DNA of 64,000 nt, taken from positions 54,560,001 through 54,624,000 of the forward strand of contig OZ024746.1 in the NCBI GenBank assembly GCA_964016885.1. Reading direction: 5' to 3'. This document shows, piece after piece, positions 40,201 through 53,348 of this stretch; the stretch's first letter is position 1, and every line of letters begins with the position of its first letter. The stretch is from Eledone cirrhosa. Its lineage: Eukaryota. The position numbers were made by a program, and so were the translations under genes. Under the pieces are notes generated by a model. The model had not been told where the DNA came from and did not search any database. It worked only from the letters and a program-made list of their open reading frames with translations.

Positions 40201-40471
40201 TGGTAGAACACTGGAATATAATATCTGTAGTCGTAGAGCACTCAGTTCATGGGACGAGTTAGGAAGAAGTGGTTACACAACAGTTAGTTCACCATACCGA
40301 GAACAATAGTTTCACCTTAGCGGATCTTCAGCAGTACGAGCTGAAGATCCGCTAAGGTGAAACAATTGTTCTCGGTATGGTGATCTAAGTGGTGTGTTAT
40401 CACTTCTACCTAACTCGTCCCATTGACTGAGTGCTCTACCACTACGGATATTAGCTACCAGTGTTCTACCT
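40201..40471. mobile_element. HHR-centred fold-back element (~130-bp arms, 7-nt spacer)
   Basis: ...gtttcaccttagcggatcttcagc agtacga gctgaagatccgctaaggtgaaac... Confidence 0.88.
40337..40374 (+). ncRNA. Minimal hammerhead ribozyme
   Basis: CGAG-CUGAAGA-uCCgcuaaGGu-GAAAC-aauu-GUU-CUCG; palindromic stem III ACAAUUGU. Confidence 0.75.
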
Positions 40472-40473
40472 CA

Positions 40474-40537
<64 letters not shown>

Positions 40538-40727
40538 ATAATAATAAATGTGAAGGCTAAAATCCAAAGAGGGCTCGATAAGGATAAATATATATCAAAT
40601 ATATAAGAACCCAAGACCAAATATTCATTAAAATCACAGATTAAAGTTTAAAAAAGGAATCGCTGGTTTCACCCTTAACGGGATCTTAAACTTTAATCTG
40701 TTATTTTAATATATATATATATAAAAT

Positions 40728-40835
40728 ATAAATGGCTTCTACAGGACTATAACTGTTACATTCGGGAGAAATCATCAGGGCTTCCTGATGATTTCTCCCG
40801 AATGAAACAGTTCTCGTCCTGTAGACGCCATTTCT
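40728..40835. mobile_element. HHR-centred fold-back element (second family)
   Basis: cattcgggagaaatcatcagg gctt cctgatgatttctcccgaatgaaacag; a related gaaacagttct.gtcctgtag segment is at 49630. Confidence 0.8.
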
Positions 40836-40909
40836 ATATAAAATATTGTATATAGTCTGCTATGCATTGAGAACTTACTGTGGTTACCCCCGATTGAACC
40901 CGGGATAAA

Positions 40910-40952
<43 letters not shown>

Positions 40953-41123
40953 TAAAATAACAGATTAAAGTTTAAGCAAAGAATCGCTGCTTTCACCCTT
41001 AACGGGATCTTCTGAAACTAACAAAGTCAATCTGTAAACGCAGAACTGGATATTTCAAAAAACGTTGCAATGTTCAAAATTCACTCAGAGAGGAAGAAAT
41101 AAGACGTACAGACACACACACAG

Positions 41124-41199
<76 letters not shown>

Positions 41200-41291
41200 C
41201 TGTGTGTGTGTACGTCGTGTGTGTGTACGTCTTATCTCTTCCTCTCTTAGTGAATTTTGATCATTGTATAGATCATTGATCTCTATATATA

Positions 41292-41560
41292 GGCACGTGG
41301 CCTAGTGGTAAGGGTGTTGGACTTACGCTCATAATGACGTGGGTTCGAGTCTTGGTTTGCGTGTTGTGTTCTTGAGAAAAACACTTCGTGTCACATTGCT
41401 GAAGTATACTCAGATGAAAATGGGTACCAGTAATAGCTGGGGGTTTAACACTGCGATGGACTGTCGTCTTGTCTAACGGGTAGTCATATAACTCAGTCGC
41501 TTCACGCCATGAATCGGGATAAGTACCGGCCAAATGAGCCTCTAGCTTCAGACTGACTTC
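41292..41560 (+). mobile_element. tRNA-derived SINE family B
   Basis: tggcctagtggtaaggg, ggttcgagtc, tgttcttgagaaaaacac, ctgcgatggactg. Confidence 0.8.
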
Positions 41561-41685
41561 TTCCGTTTATACTACGGACTGGTTCATGTACCGGTCAAAT
41601 TTTCGGCCCCATTCGATCCTGTGCAAGCTGGCAGATGGCAATATATTTTGCCGTTCCTGGGACTTTTAGTCCTAGGAAAGGAAAA

Positions 41686-41769
41686 TGCTTTCTGATGATC
41701 TAAACTTTTCCATTGGAAGTCCCTATGGATCTCCAATCTTTTGTGAAGTGAAACCGATCGGTAAAAGCA
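41686..41769 (+). ncRNA. Hammerhead ribozyme with extended stem II
   Basis: UGCUUU-CUGAUGA-[~50 nt including auugga..uccaau]-GAAAC-cgaucg-GUA-AAAGCA. Confidence 0.75.
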
Positions 41770-41850
41770 ATTGGAATAGGTAAATATTTAAATTATATTT
41801 TTTAATTTATTTTTAAAAAATTGTTTGAATTTAGCTTGTTCTGCTTATAT

Positions 41851-41971
<121 letters not shown>

Positions 41972-42011
41972 GCATGTGCAGAACTGTTATTATTACTATT
42001 TGCCCATGTAA

Positions 42012-42857
42012 GGGAGGTGGAATGCAGTATCGGTAGCGCGTCAGACAACAGGCTTTGCAGCATAGAGTAATGGACCTTTACGTTCTCAGATCAAATGTCG
42101 CCGAGGTTAGCTTTGCCTTTCATCCTTACGAAGTCGATAAAATGAAGCACCAGTAACGTACTGGGGTCGATCTAATCGACTTTCCCCTCCTCCCTCCAAA
42201 TGACTGGCCTTGTACCTATAAGAGAAATCATTATTATTTGTTCACCACAAGGGTGGTGGATTGGCAGTATCGGTAGAGGGTCGGACGCCATTCTTTGAAC
42301 CATAGAGTTACCTCCCTTTATGATCTGAGTTCAAATCCCATAGAGTTACCTCCCTTTATGATCTGAGTTCAAATCCCGCCGAGGTTAACTTTGCCTTTCA
42401 TCCTACGGGGTCTATAAAATAAAGTACCAGTAATGCACTGGGATAATTCCTGGCCTTGTGCCAAAAGTAGAAACAATTATTATTTGTTCACTTACTATAC
42501 TAGTCAAAATACATTCCATTGTATTTCACAGTGTTTATGTTGTTCATTGTCTCATAGTTCTTTTTCTGACAGCTGATCCAAGATGCTGTGAAGCCTGGGT
42601 TTATTATGATACGATTGCATCATATTAATTGTGTAGGCGAGGTTAATCGAGGTTAACTTTGCCTTTCATCCTTACAGGGTCGATAAAATAAAGTACCAGT
42701 AATGTACTGGGTAATTTCTGGCCTTGTGCCAATAGTAGAAACAATTAATTGGGTAGGCGATGATACAGATATTCGTTGCTACCCTCACTGTTTGTCTTAA
42801 TATGTCAAGCTTTGTTACTTTGTATATGTATGAACACACACACACACATAAATATAC

Positions 42858-42894
<37 letters not shown>

Positions 42895-42897
42895 TAG

Positions 42898-42943
<46 letters not shown>

Positions 42944-43062
42944 AGGAAAAGCAAAGTAGTTTCAGATGTTCAAGTCCTTTAATAATAATTGTTTCTACCT
43001 TTGGCACAAGGCCAGCAATTACCCAGTACATTACTGGTACTTTATTTTATCGACCCCGTAAG
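42012..43062. mobile_element. Cluster of four SINE family A copies (42012-42237 +, 42250-42485 +, 42645-42745 +, 42980-43062 -)
   Basis: Shared core and tail; the second copy has a 39-bp internal duplication spanning the B-box. Confidence 0.85.
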
Positions 43063-44075
43063 TCCTTTAATAATAATGCTGTGATATATATTTCAATGGC
43101 GACACTGGCCACAATGTTCTGTGTGCGAGTGTCGTGTCATCATCAGACAGTTTGTTACATAATAAGGTCATGTTTCCGAGGCAATCCAAATTGAATCGAC
43201 ATGGGAACGGATGAAATGCGTGCTTTTGGGTTTATCACCCGTTCCCCTGTGAGTACCAATTCACCCCCACAGGTCTGCGCGTGCACATGTCCAAAGGAAG
43301 TTGACCATTAGCTGCCGCAAATTTCAACGAAATTCGCTTAGTCAGTTCACCCTCTCAGTGACACAATGGCCCGTGCCATAGTTTACTGCTACCCATCTCG
43401 ACTGTGGTAGTCAGTTGAAAGCCAGAAGGGGTGGGAGAGTGTTAGTTTTAACAGGTCATAATACTACCTCTCACCTAGCGTGGACAGTACGACTGACCAT
43501 CAACTCAAAGGGAAAATGAACTTAATTCTAGGTATCATGATTTTACATTGTAAGTTAAGAGTGATATATTGGTAAACGGAATAGAAAATGCTGACAAATT
43601 GTTCACCGTGAAAAATAGTTTAATTAGGAATAAGTGAGAATTAGTAATTGTATTGGTTAGTATTCAGTTTTGGTTTTAACTTTTACCGGTTGCGCATTTC
43701 TAATGCTTTTCAAAAATAATTTTGAGATAGAGCGTCCGTGATGTTTGCTCTGATCTGATTAGTTTTGGGAATTCTACCTGTTTTTATGTTAAAAAAGTGA
43801 CTCCAGCGTTATTAAAATAAGTTTTGCGCCAATTCGTGTTGCAAAAATTCTTGTGGTCAAAACAATTTTGATTGGTCGGTAGAGGTCATGTGAATGTAAG
43901 AAATTGATTTTGCGCCAAATGTAGGTTTGTGTCGGCTGACTGAGAAATAACTCTTTCACCACAAATATGTGTGTGTGTGAGTGTAGTAGTAGTAAAGTGT
44001 TCGTTGTTGTGATAATGGTCAGCAGGGATGTGTGTGCGTACCGCAGCCTGTTGACAGTTCAAATGCCCATTAAGA

Positions 44076-44176
<101 letters not shown>

Positions 44177-44274
44177 CAGAGTAATTTGTGGTAGAGGGAT
44201 GGTCAGTAGGAATGTGTCTGTAAGTGTGTGGGGGATATTTTAACATGTTAAAAGATATTTTTAGCTCTTTTTTT

Positions 44275-45084
44275 CCCTACAACTTAGCCAAGAGAATCTG
44301 TACTATAGTCTCCAATAAAAACACCTGCTACTTACGGCTACAAGAACTAAAGGACACACTCATAGGCAGGGACTACACTGCATCATTAATTGACAATGGA
44401 ATCCAACGTGCCCTAAATCTCAGTACCCAGGACCTTAGACACCCTAAAGTAAATCAACCGAAACTAAAAGCTCTTCCATACATCTCCACACACAACCCCC
44501 TCAACAACGAGGCCTTTGACACCATCCTCCAGAACATCCCTGTGTTGAAAAAGGACCATAGAATGAACCAAATCCTACGAACACACGATATCATAAAGAG
44601 CAAAAGACAATCTAAGTCAATGAAAAACATCCTAACACATGCCAAAGTACTGCCAACCACAACAACGAAACCCACAGTAAAAAAATGCAATAGACCCAAC
44701 TGTGGCATTTGCATCAACCTAATAGAGGGTTCGGAATTCTATTTCAAAGAAGGACGACGTTTTATAGTAAAACACAATTTCACTTGTGCATCGGAAAATC
44801 TAATATATGTATTAACTTGCTCAGGTTGTCGAGAACAATACATAGGCCAGACCAAAAACAGCCTTCGCCAACGCATGACTGTCCATAGATCCCAAATTAA
44901 AATAGGGGAATACAGGAAAATACCACTGAGTGAACACATTGATACCTGTGCCGCCCAAAATCATCCCAACTTCAGAATCTTTCCCCTCTACAAATTTAAA
45001 GATAATGCCACCCACACCCAGCGCATCAGCAAGGAATCTTACTTTATTAACAAATACGGACCCCGTCTAAACACTGCTCCCTAA
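44275..45084 (+). CDS. PLE polyprotein C-terminus (RT thumb, Cys-rich linker, GIY-YIG endonuclease), 5'-truncated, Neptune-like
   Basis: PYNLAKRICTIVS, LPYISTHNP, CNRPNCGIC, NLIYVLTCSGCREQYIGQT, RQRMTVH, ESYFINKY..LN; open frame. Confidence 0.88.
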   Translation, partial: PYNLAKRICTIVSNKNTCYLRLQELKDTLIGRDYTASLIDNGIQRALNLSTQDLRHPKVNQPKLKALPYISTHNPLNNEAFDTILQNIPVLKKDHRMNQILRTHDIIKSKRQSKSMKNILTHAKVLPTTTTKPTVKKCNRPNCGICINLIEGSEFYFKEGRRFIVKHNFTCASENLIYVLTCSGCREQYIGQTKNSLRQRMTVHRSQIKIGEYRKIPLSEHIDTCAAQNHPNFRIFPLYKFKDNATHTQRISKESYFINKYGPRLNTAP

Positions 45085-45284
45085 GACGAACCCACAACAT
45101 ACATACCTACATCAGTACACATCTCTACCCACATATAAACACACTGACATACGTAAACACACATGTTCTATGGTGCAACACAAATATACACAAGTTTGCA
45201 TACCTTTTGATGTCTATAGATATAAACGTGCCGACACACACACATGCATAAACGCACACATGCATTGCACACTGATGGGCACAT

Positions 45285-45730
45285 ACATTTTTGTGCACAG
45301 GTATTCCAATACGGCAAAGCCTAATGAATTCCCCTTGCAGTACGTGCAATCTGGACACACTCCAGATACATATTTATACACAGGTATACAATTTCTGGAC
45401 ACACTCCAGATACATGTGTATAATTTGAGCACAAGTATACAATTTGTGCACAGGTATACAATTTCTGGACACACTCCAGATACATATTTGTGCACGGGTA
45501 TTCCAATACGGCAAGGCCTTAGAATCTGGACACACTCCAGATACATATTTGTGCACATGTATACAATTTCTGGACACACTCCAGATACATGTGTACAGTT
45601 TGTGCACAAGTATACAATTTGTGCACAGGTATACAATTTCTGGACACACTCCAGATACATATTTGTGCACAGGTATTCCAATACGGCAAGGCCTAATGGA
45701 TCCCCCTTTCAGTACGTACAATCTGGACAC
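45285..45730. repeat. Composite minisatellite in the PLE 3' UTR
   Basis: Modules tctggacacactccagatacat, ttgtgcacaggtat and tccaatacggcaag in shuffled order. Confidence 0.85.
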
Positions 45731-45961
45731 ACACACACACTCACACACACCTTGGTATTATGCCAATACTATATATCATTTCACACCTTTTATTATTAAG
45801 GTTTTTGATGTTCTATTGAGAGAATCGATTTTACTGAAAATATCGAATAATGTACACCATTTTACCAGGAACAAAATACTGGTCCACCCACACACACACA
45901 CACACATTCTCACACACACACGCACATATATACACACACACATACATTAACATACAAAGAG

Positions 45962-46041
<80 letters not shown>

Positions 46042-46717
46042 CTCCGTATAAGACAAGAACTAAAAAATATCTTTTAACATGTTAAAATATCCCCCACACA
46101 CTTACAGACACATTCCTACTGACCATCCCTCTACCACGAATTACTCTGCTACACACACACACACACACACACTTGTCTTAATGGGCATTTGAACTGTCAA
46201 CAGGCTGCGGTACGCACACACATCCCTGCTGACCATTATCACAACACCGAACACTTTACTACTACTACACACACACACACACATATTTGTGGTGAAAGAG
46301 TTATTTCTCAGTCAGCCGACACAAACCTACATTTGGCGCAAAATCAATTTCTTACATTCACATGACCTCTACCGACCAATCAAAATTGTTTTGACCACAA
46401 GAATTTTTGCAACACGAATTGGCGCAAAACTTATTTTGATACCGCTGGAGCCACTTTTTTAACATAAACACAGGTAGAATTTCCAAAACTAATCAGATCA
46501 GAGCAAACATCACGGACGCTCTATCTCAAAATTATTTTTGAAAAGCATTAGAAATGCGCAACCGGTAAAGCTTAAAACCAAAACTGAATACTAACCAATA
46601 CAATTACTAATTCTCACTTATTCCTAATTAAACTATTTTTCACTGTGAACAATTTGTCAGCATTTTCTATTCTGTTTACCAATATATAATAACTTGTGTG
46701 TTACATCTCGATTCTTT

Positions 46718-46792
<75 letters not shown>

Positions 46793-46863
46793 TATATACA
46801 AATATATGTATATATATGCATATATATATAGTATATATACAAATATATGTATATATATATATG

Positions 46864-46930
<67 letters not shown>

Positions 46931-46934
<4 letters not shown>

Positions 46935-47452
46935 TTGGGGAGGGTCATATTTGTGTAATAATATTGCCAGAGTTAATAACAGAACACACTCACTGTTTGG
47001 TTGGTTTTCGCTTCTGTGTCTTTTATATCGGTTAATTTAATTTATTCGGTCCACAACGTTACCACTGACTGACCAACGGTCAAAAATACATATACAATAT
47101 AGACACAAACATATATATATATAGTCTAATAAAGTTCTTTCGTTGCAAATAAACAGACTAAATAAAGATGGCGTAGACATACAATACAACGGGAGGAAAC
47201 ATAATAGCACCACCGACGATGTTGCAGATGTGCAACGAAAGAACTTTGTTAGACTATATATATGTGTGTTTGTGTCTATATTGTATCTGTATTTTTGACC
47301 GTTAGTCAGTCAATGGTAACATTGAGGACCGAAAAAATTAAATTAACCGGTATAAAAGACGCAAAAGCGAAAACCAACCAAACAGTGAGTGTGTTCTGTT
47401 ATTATCTCTGGCAATATTATTACACAAATATTACCCCCCCCCCCCAAGTATA
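46931..47452. mobile_element. pLTR-only fold-back element (~215-bp arms) related to the PLE-1 termini
   Basis: Ends atacttggggagggt / acccccccccccaagtat; HHR-like ccgacga-tGTTGCA..TGCAAC-gaaagaacttt at ~47213-47248. Confidence 0.82.
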
Positions 47453-47509
47453 ACAATATTTGTTTCGACACGATTTCATATCAAAACTTCGCAAAACTAA
47501 TTCATCGCT

Positions 47510-47592
47510 GTATATATATATTTATATATATACATATATATATTTATATATATACATATATATATATATATTTATATATATATATATATATA

Positions 47593-47624
<32 letters not shown>

Positions 47625-47696
47625 CATATATATTTATATATATTTATATATTTATATATATATATATATATGTATATTTATATATATATATTTATG

Positions 47697-47755
<59 letters not shown>

Positions 47756-47772
47756 TTTTTATTTATATATAT

Positions 47773-47845
<73 letters not shown>

Positions 47846-49000
47846 TATATATATATATATATATATTTATATATACATATATATATATATTTATATATAC
47901 ATATATATATATATTTATATATACATATATATATATATATTTATATATATACATATATAAATATATTTATATATATACATATATATATATTTTTATATAT
48001 ATATATATATATATTTATATATACATATATATATATATTTATATATATATACATATATATATATTTTTATATATATATATATATATATTTATATATACAT
48101 ATATATATATATTTATATATACATATATATATATATTTATATATACATATATATATATATATTTATATATATACATATATAAATATATTTATATATATAC
48201 ATATATATATATTTTTATATATATATAAATATATATTTATATATACATATATATATATATATTTATATATATACATATATAAATATATTTATATATATAC
48301 ATATATATATATATTTATATATATACATATATATATATATATTTATATACATACATATATATATATATTTATATATATACATATATATATATTTATATAT
48401 ATACATATATATATATATTTATATATATATACATATATATATATATTTATATATATACATATATATATATATTTATATATATACATATATATATATATTT
48501 ATATATATACATATATATATATATTTATATATATACATATATATATATATTTATATATATACATATATATATATATATTTATATACATACATATATATAT
48601 ATATTTATATATATACATATATATATATTTATATATATATACATATATATATATATATTTATATATATATACATATATATATATATTTATATATATACAT
48701 ATATATATATATTTATATATATACATATATATATATATATTTATATATATACATATATATATATATTTATATATATATACATATATATATATATTTATAT
48801 ATATACATATATATATATATATTTATATACATACATATATATATATATTTATATATATACATATATATATATTTATATATATATACATATATATATATAT
48901 ATTTATATATATATACATATATATATATATTTATATATATACATATATATATATTTATATACATACATATATATATATATTTATATATATATATATATAA
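47510..49000. repeat. 1.5-kb TA-derived tract with higher-order ~26-30 bp units
   Basis: Alternating (TA)n-C and (TA)n-TTT interruptions. Confidence 0.85.
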
Positions 49001-49040
49001 TGATATAGTCATGTATGTATCGATAGATGCAATCGTACAA

Positions 49041-49103
<63 letters not shown>

Positions 49104-49166
49104 ATACGATGTGTGTGGCTCCACAAGAATGCCAGTTATATGGATGTATATATATATATATATATG

Positions 49167-49220
<54 letters not shown>

Positions 49221-49224
49221 GTAT

Positions 49225-49269
<45 letters not shown>

Positions 49270-49766
49270 ACCTCGTTGATTTATCCAGGATCGGATATAT
49301 CGAAAAAATAAATGAAACCGCCGGGGGTAGAGATATTTTGATGATTTTTGTATGCTTATGTACATTTTTTCTTCTAACTTTGATTTTGTACCTAATTATG
49401 TATGGTTAACTATATGTCTAGTCAATTTCTACAAGGTATCAGAAATACTAGGTAAATTTTCTGTAGCTGAGAGTCGCGGATAAAAAGCAATATAATTTAT
49501 CTATTGTATCAGTATATTTTAAACTTATAGCCTCGTTTAAATATTTTTTGTAGTTGAATTATGGTGATTGGGAGAAGAAATACTGTATATATTTTATCTA
49601 ATGATTCTATGGACTTTCTTTATATATATGAAACAGTTCTAGTCCTGTAGCAACTGATCTATATTAAAACTTATATATATATATATATAAAGCAAGGAAA
49701 TAAGAAACGAGCAAACAAGAGGATGCAATAACATAAAGTCTCTTAGTTCTACGCCTGGAGGAAGAA

Positions 49767-49804
<38 letters not shown>

Positions 49805-50379
49805 GTTTGTATATGAATAATAAAGCCAAAACAATGCAGGTATGGGCATAGAATAAAGAATGCAAATGCAAAAGATATTGTTGACAATAGGTCTTTTACC
49901 TTAGATTTATTTAAATGTCCTTAATTTTCGAGATAATATCTCTTCTTCAGAGCGAAGTAAAATTGTCAACCAGTGTTCTAAATTGATTGCCAGGTCATGC
50001 TGACAGGAAATGGTATAGAGTATCTGTTCTATCTCTAATGTCAAAGAGTTAAGATTAGGTGTATAAAGAGTAGTCTCCCTTTAAAAGAGTTTTTTTTTTT
50101 GTTTTTTTTTAGTTTTTTTTAATATACATGCCTGTTTAAGTGTGTGGGAGAATGCATGAAGGTGTAAGTATGTGAGTGTGTGTGTGTGTGTGAGTGTGAG
50201 AAGATATGTCTATTCGTAAATGTGTGGGATAGGTGTTATTTCGTGTTAGAACTGGTTTTGTGTGTGTATGTGTGAGAGAGAATAAGTGGAGGTGTAAGCG
50301 TGTGTGTGTGCGTGTGTGCGTGTGTGTGTGTGTGGGGGGTGTGTGTAAATATGGGGCTAGAAGCTCTATCAAGTTATAA

Positions 50380-51140
50380 ATTGGGTGTTGAGTTCTAGTC
50401 TATTATTGATTGGTGGCTGTCTTGTCTATAATTAGCGCTTCCTTAATTCTAAGATTGCCGAGGTTTCTTTCCTTGGTTTCTATCCTAACTGTTATGGTTT
50501 TGTCGGTGTTTTTGCCTTTAACTAGGTGTTTCATAAATGAGGAAGCGTTAGTATTGAGGTGTTCTTTTATTCTTATGTGGAGTGGTCTGGTGGTGCTACC
50601 TACGTAGAAGTTGTTGCATTTGTCACACTCTAGTCTGTATACGACGTAAGCCTGGTGGAATAGGTCTGTGTCGTTGATGGGGCAGTTGGCTAGTCTGCAG
50701 CAGTTGTCATGTCTGGTGGAGTGTCTTTTGGTTAGCTCTCCGCGTAGAGAAGGACCTGAGTGGGCCAGTTGGATATCTAGTCCCTCTCGTCTGATAGCTC
50801 TGCGGATGGCTGTTGTTGTTTCTTCACTGAAGTGTGGGAGCTTCAGGAAGCAAGTGTTAGTGCCTTGGGTGTGGTGTCCTCTGTTCTTTCTGGCACGGTT
50901 GGTGGTGGATGTCGTGTATCCGTTCAGTTTGAGTACTTCCAGGAAATGTGTGGTGTGTGTGTCTCGGTCTCTAGCGTCGGTGCATTTGTTCCGGATACGT
51001 GCCAGTTCATTCCTTATGTATCCGAACTTGGCACCGAGTGGGAGGGCCGATCTGAAATGTACGAACAGGTCCCTGCTGGCGGCTTTTTTATAAAAGCAGG
51101 TGTGGATGTTGCCTTCCTCTGTTACCCTGAGTTGGAACTC
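50380..51140 (-). pseudogene. PLE-3 C-terminus with GIY-YIG (inverted copy)
   Basis: FYKKAAS, HFRSALP, LKLNGY, VVYRLECDKCNNFYVGSTTRPLHIRIKEH, LRIKEALII. Confidence 0.88.
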
Positions 51141-51902
51141 CACCAGACATGACAACTGATGCAGACTAGCCAACTGCCCCATCAACGACACAGACCTCTG
51201 CCACCAGGCTTACGTCGTGTACAGACTAGAGTATGACAAATGCAACAACTACGTAGGTAGCACCACCAGACCACTCCACATTAGAATAAAAGAACACCTC
51301 AATACTAACGCTTCCTCATTTAAGAAACACCTAGTTAAATGCAAAAACACCGACAAACCCATAACAGTTAGGATAGAAACCAAGGAAAGAAACCTCGGCA
51401 ATCTTAGAATTAAGGAAGCACTAATTATAGACAAAAGACAACCACCAATCAATAATAGACTACAACTCAACACCCAATTTATAACTTGATATAGCTTCTA
51501 GCCCCATATTTACCCCTCCCCTCACACACACGCACACACGCACGCACACACGCACACACGCTTACACCTCCATTTATTCTCTCTCACACATACACACACA
51601 AAACCAGTTCTAACACGAAATAACACCTATCCCCACATTTACGAATAGACATATCTTCTCACACTCACACACACACACTCATATACTTACACCTTCATGC
51701 ATTCTCCCACACACTTAAACCGGCATGTATATAAAAAAAACAAAAAACAAAAAAACAAAAACAAACCCCTTTTAAAGGGAGACTACTCTTTATCCACCTA
51801 ATCTTAACTCTTTGACATTAGAGATAGAACAGATACTCTATACCATTTCCTGTCAGCATGACTTGGCAAGCAATTTAGAACACTGGTTGACAACTTTACT
51901 TC

Positions 51903-51937
51903 GCTCTGAAGAAGAGATATTATCTCGAAAATTAAGG
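51903..51937 (+). ncRNA. Very reduced HHR-like motif in the PLE-3 pLTR (also at ~53750 + and ~49920-49950 -)
   Basis: CUGAAGA-a-GAGAU.auu.AUCUC-GAAA-AUUA; stems I and III are only about 2 bp. Confidence 0.5.
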
Positions 51938-52070
51938 ACATTTAAATAAATCAAAGGTAAAAGACTAATTGTCAACAATATCTTTTGCATTTGCATTCTT
52001 TATTCTATGTCCATACCTGCATTGTTTTGGCTTTATTATACATATACAAACGTTTATACCTCATTACACA

Positions 52071-53348
52071 ATGCTTCAAGTGAACTATAACCTCCTCCTT
52101 TCCTTACGCCTGAGCCAGGCCCAGTTCACTACTGTAAAGAAACTCTTCCAGCTATCTGAAAAGCGCGCAAAAGCCGGCTGCCAAATAAACTTCCTAAAAC
52201 GATGCCTGAATGACAACATCATCCCCAAAACTATAAAACAATTGCACCTACCAACATGCTTCAAATCACCAGGCCTCAAACGATCACTTAGTTACATACA
52301 AATATTCTGCCTAAGAAAACTCATACAGACAGACAACAGGAATACCCATGGGATCCAGCCTATCGGGCGTGCTGGCCATCATCTCCATGAACCAGCTAGA
52401 ATGCCGAGCCCTCAACACCTGCCATTCCCATACCTTCTTCACCCGATAAGTAGATGACATAATCATCCTTACATCATCCTGTGAGGAGGCAGATAAAATA
52501 TACACAACATTCTCCAGCATGGACGCCAGTATAAAGTTCAGCATGGAACACCCCGATGACCGCGGATCCCTACTGGACTTCCAACTCAGGGTAACAGAGG
52601 AAGGCAATATCCACACCTGCTTTTATAAAAAAGCCGCCAGCAGGGACCTGTTCGTACATTTCAGATCGGCCCTCCCACACGGTGCCAAGTTCGGATACAT
52701 AAGGAATGAACTGGCACGTATCCGGAACAAATGCACTGACGCTAGAGACCGAGACACACACTCCACACATTTCCTGGAAGTACTCAAACTGAACGGATAC
52801 ACGACATCCACCACAAACTGTGCAAGAAAGAACAGAGGACACCACACCCGAGGCACTAACACTTGCTTCCTGAAGCTCCCACACTTCAGTGAAGAAACAA
52901 CAACAGCCATCCGCAGAGCTATCAGACGAGAGGGACTAGATATCCAACTGGCTCACTCAGGTCCTTCTCTACGCGGACAGCTAACCAAAAGACACTCCAC
53001 CAGACATGACAAATGCTGCAGACTAGCCAACTGCCCCATCAACGACACAGACCTATGCCACCAGTCTTACGTCGAATACAGACTAGAGTGTGACAAATGC
53101 AACAACTTCTACGTAGGTAGCACCACCAGACCACTCCACATAATAATAAAAGAACATCTCAATACTCCGCTTCCTCATTTAAGAAACACCTAGTTAAATG
53201 CATAAACACCGACAAAACCATAAGTTAGGATAGAAACCAAGGAAAGAAACCTCGGCAATCTTAGAATTAAGGAAGCACTAATTATAGACAAAACACAACC
53301 ACCAATCAATAATAGACTAGAACTCAACACCCAATTTATAACTTGATA
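52071..53348 (+). pseudogene. PLE-3 ORF with large internal deletion
   Basis: ATG at 52071; N-terminus (INFLKRCLNDNIIPK) joined near 52335 to GIPMGSSLSG...TR*VDD...LLDF...GIY-YIG; RT motifs 1-3 missing. Confidence 0.88.

Noticed and set aside
41292-41365. tRNA gene-like A/B boxes (also in all SINE heads)
   Set aside because: No complete cloverleaf, and each continues into a SINE body.
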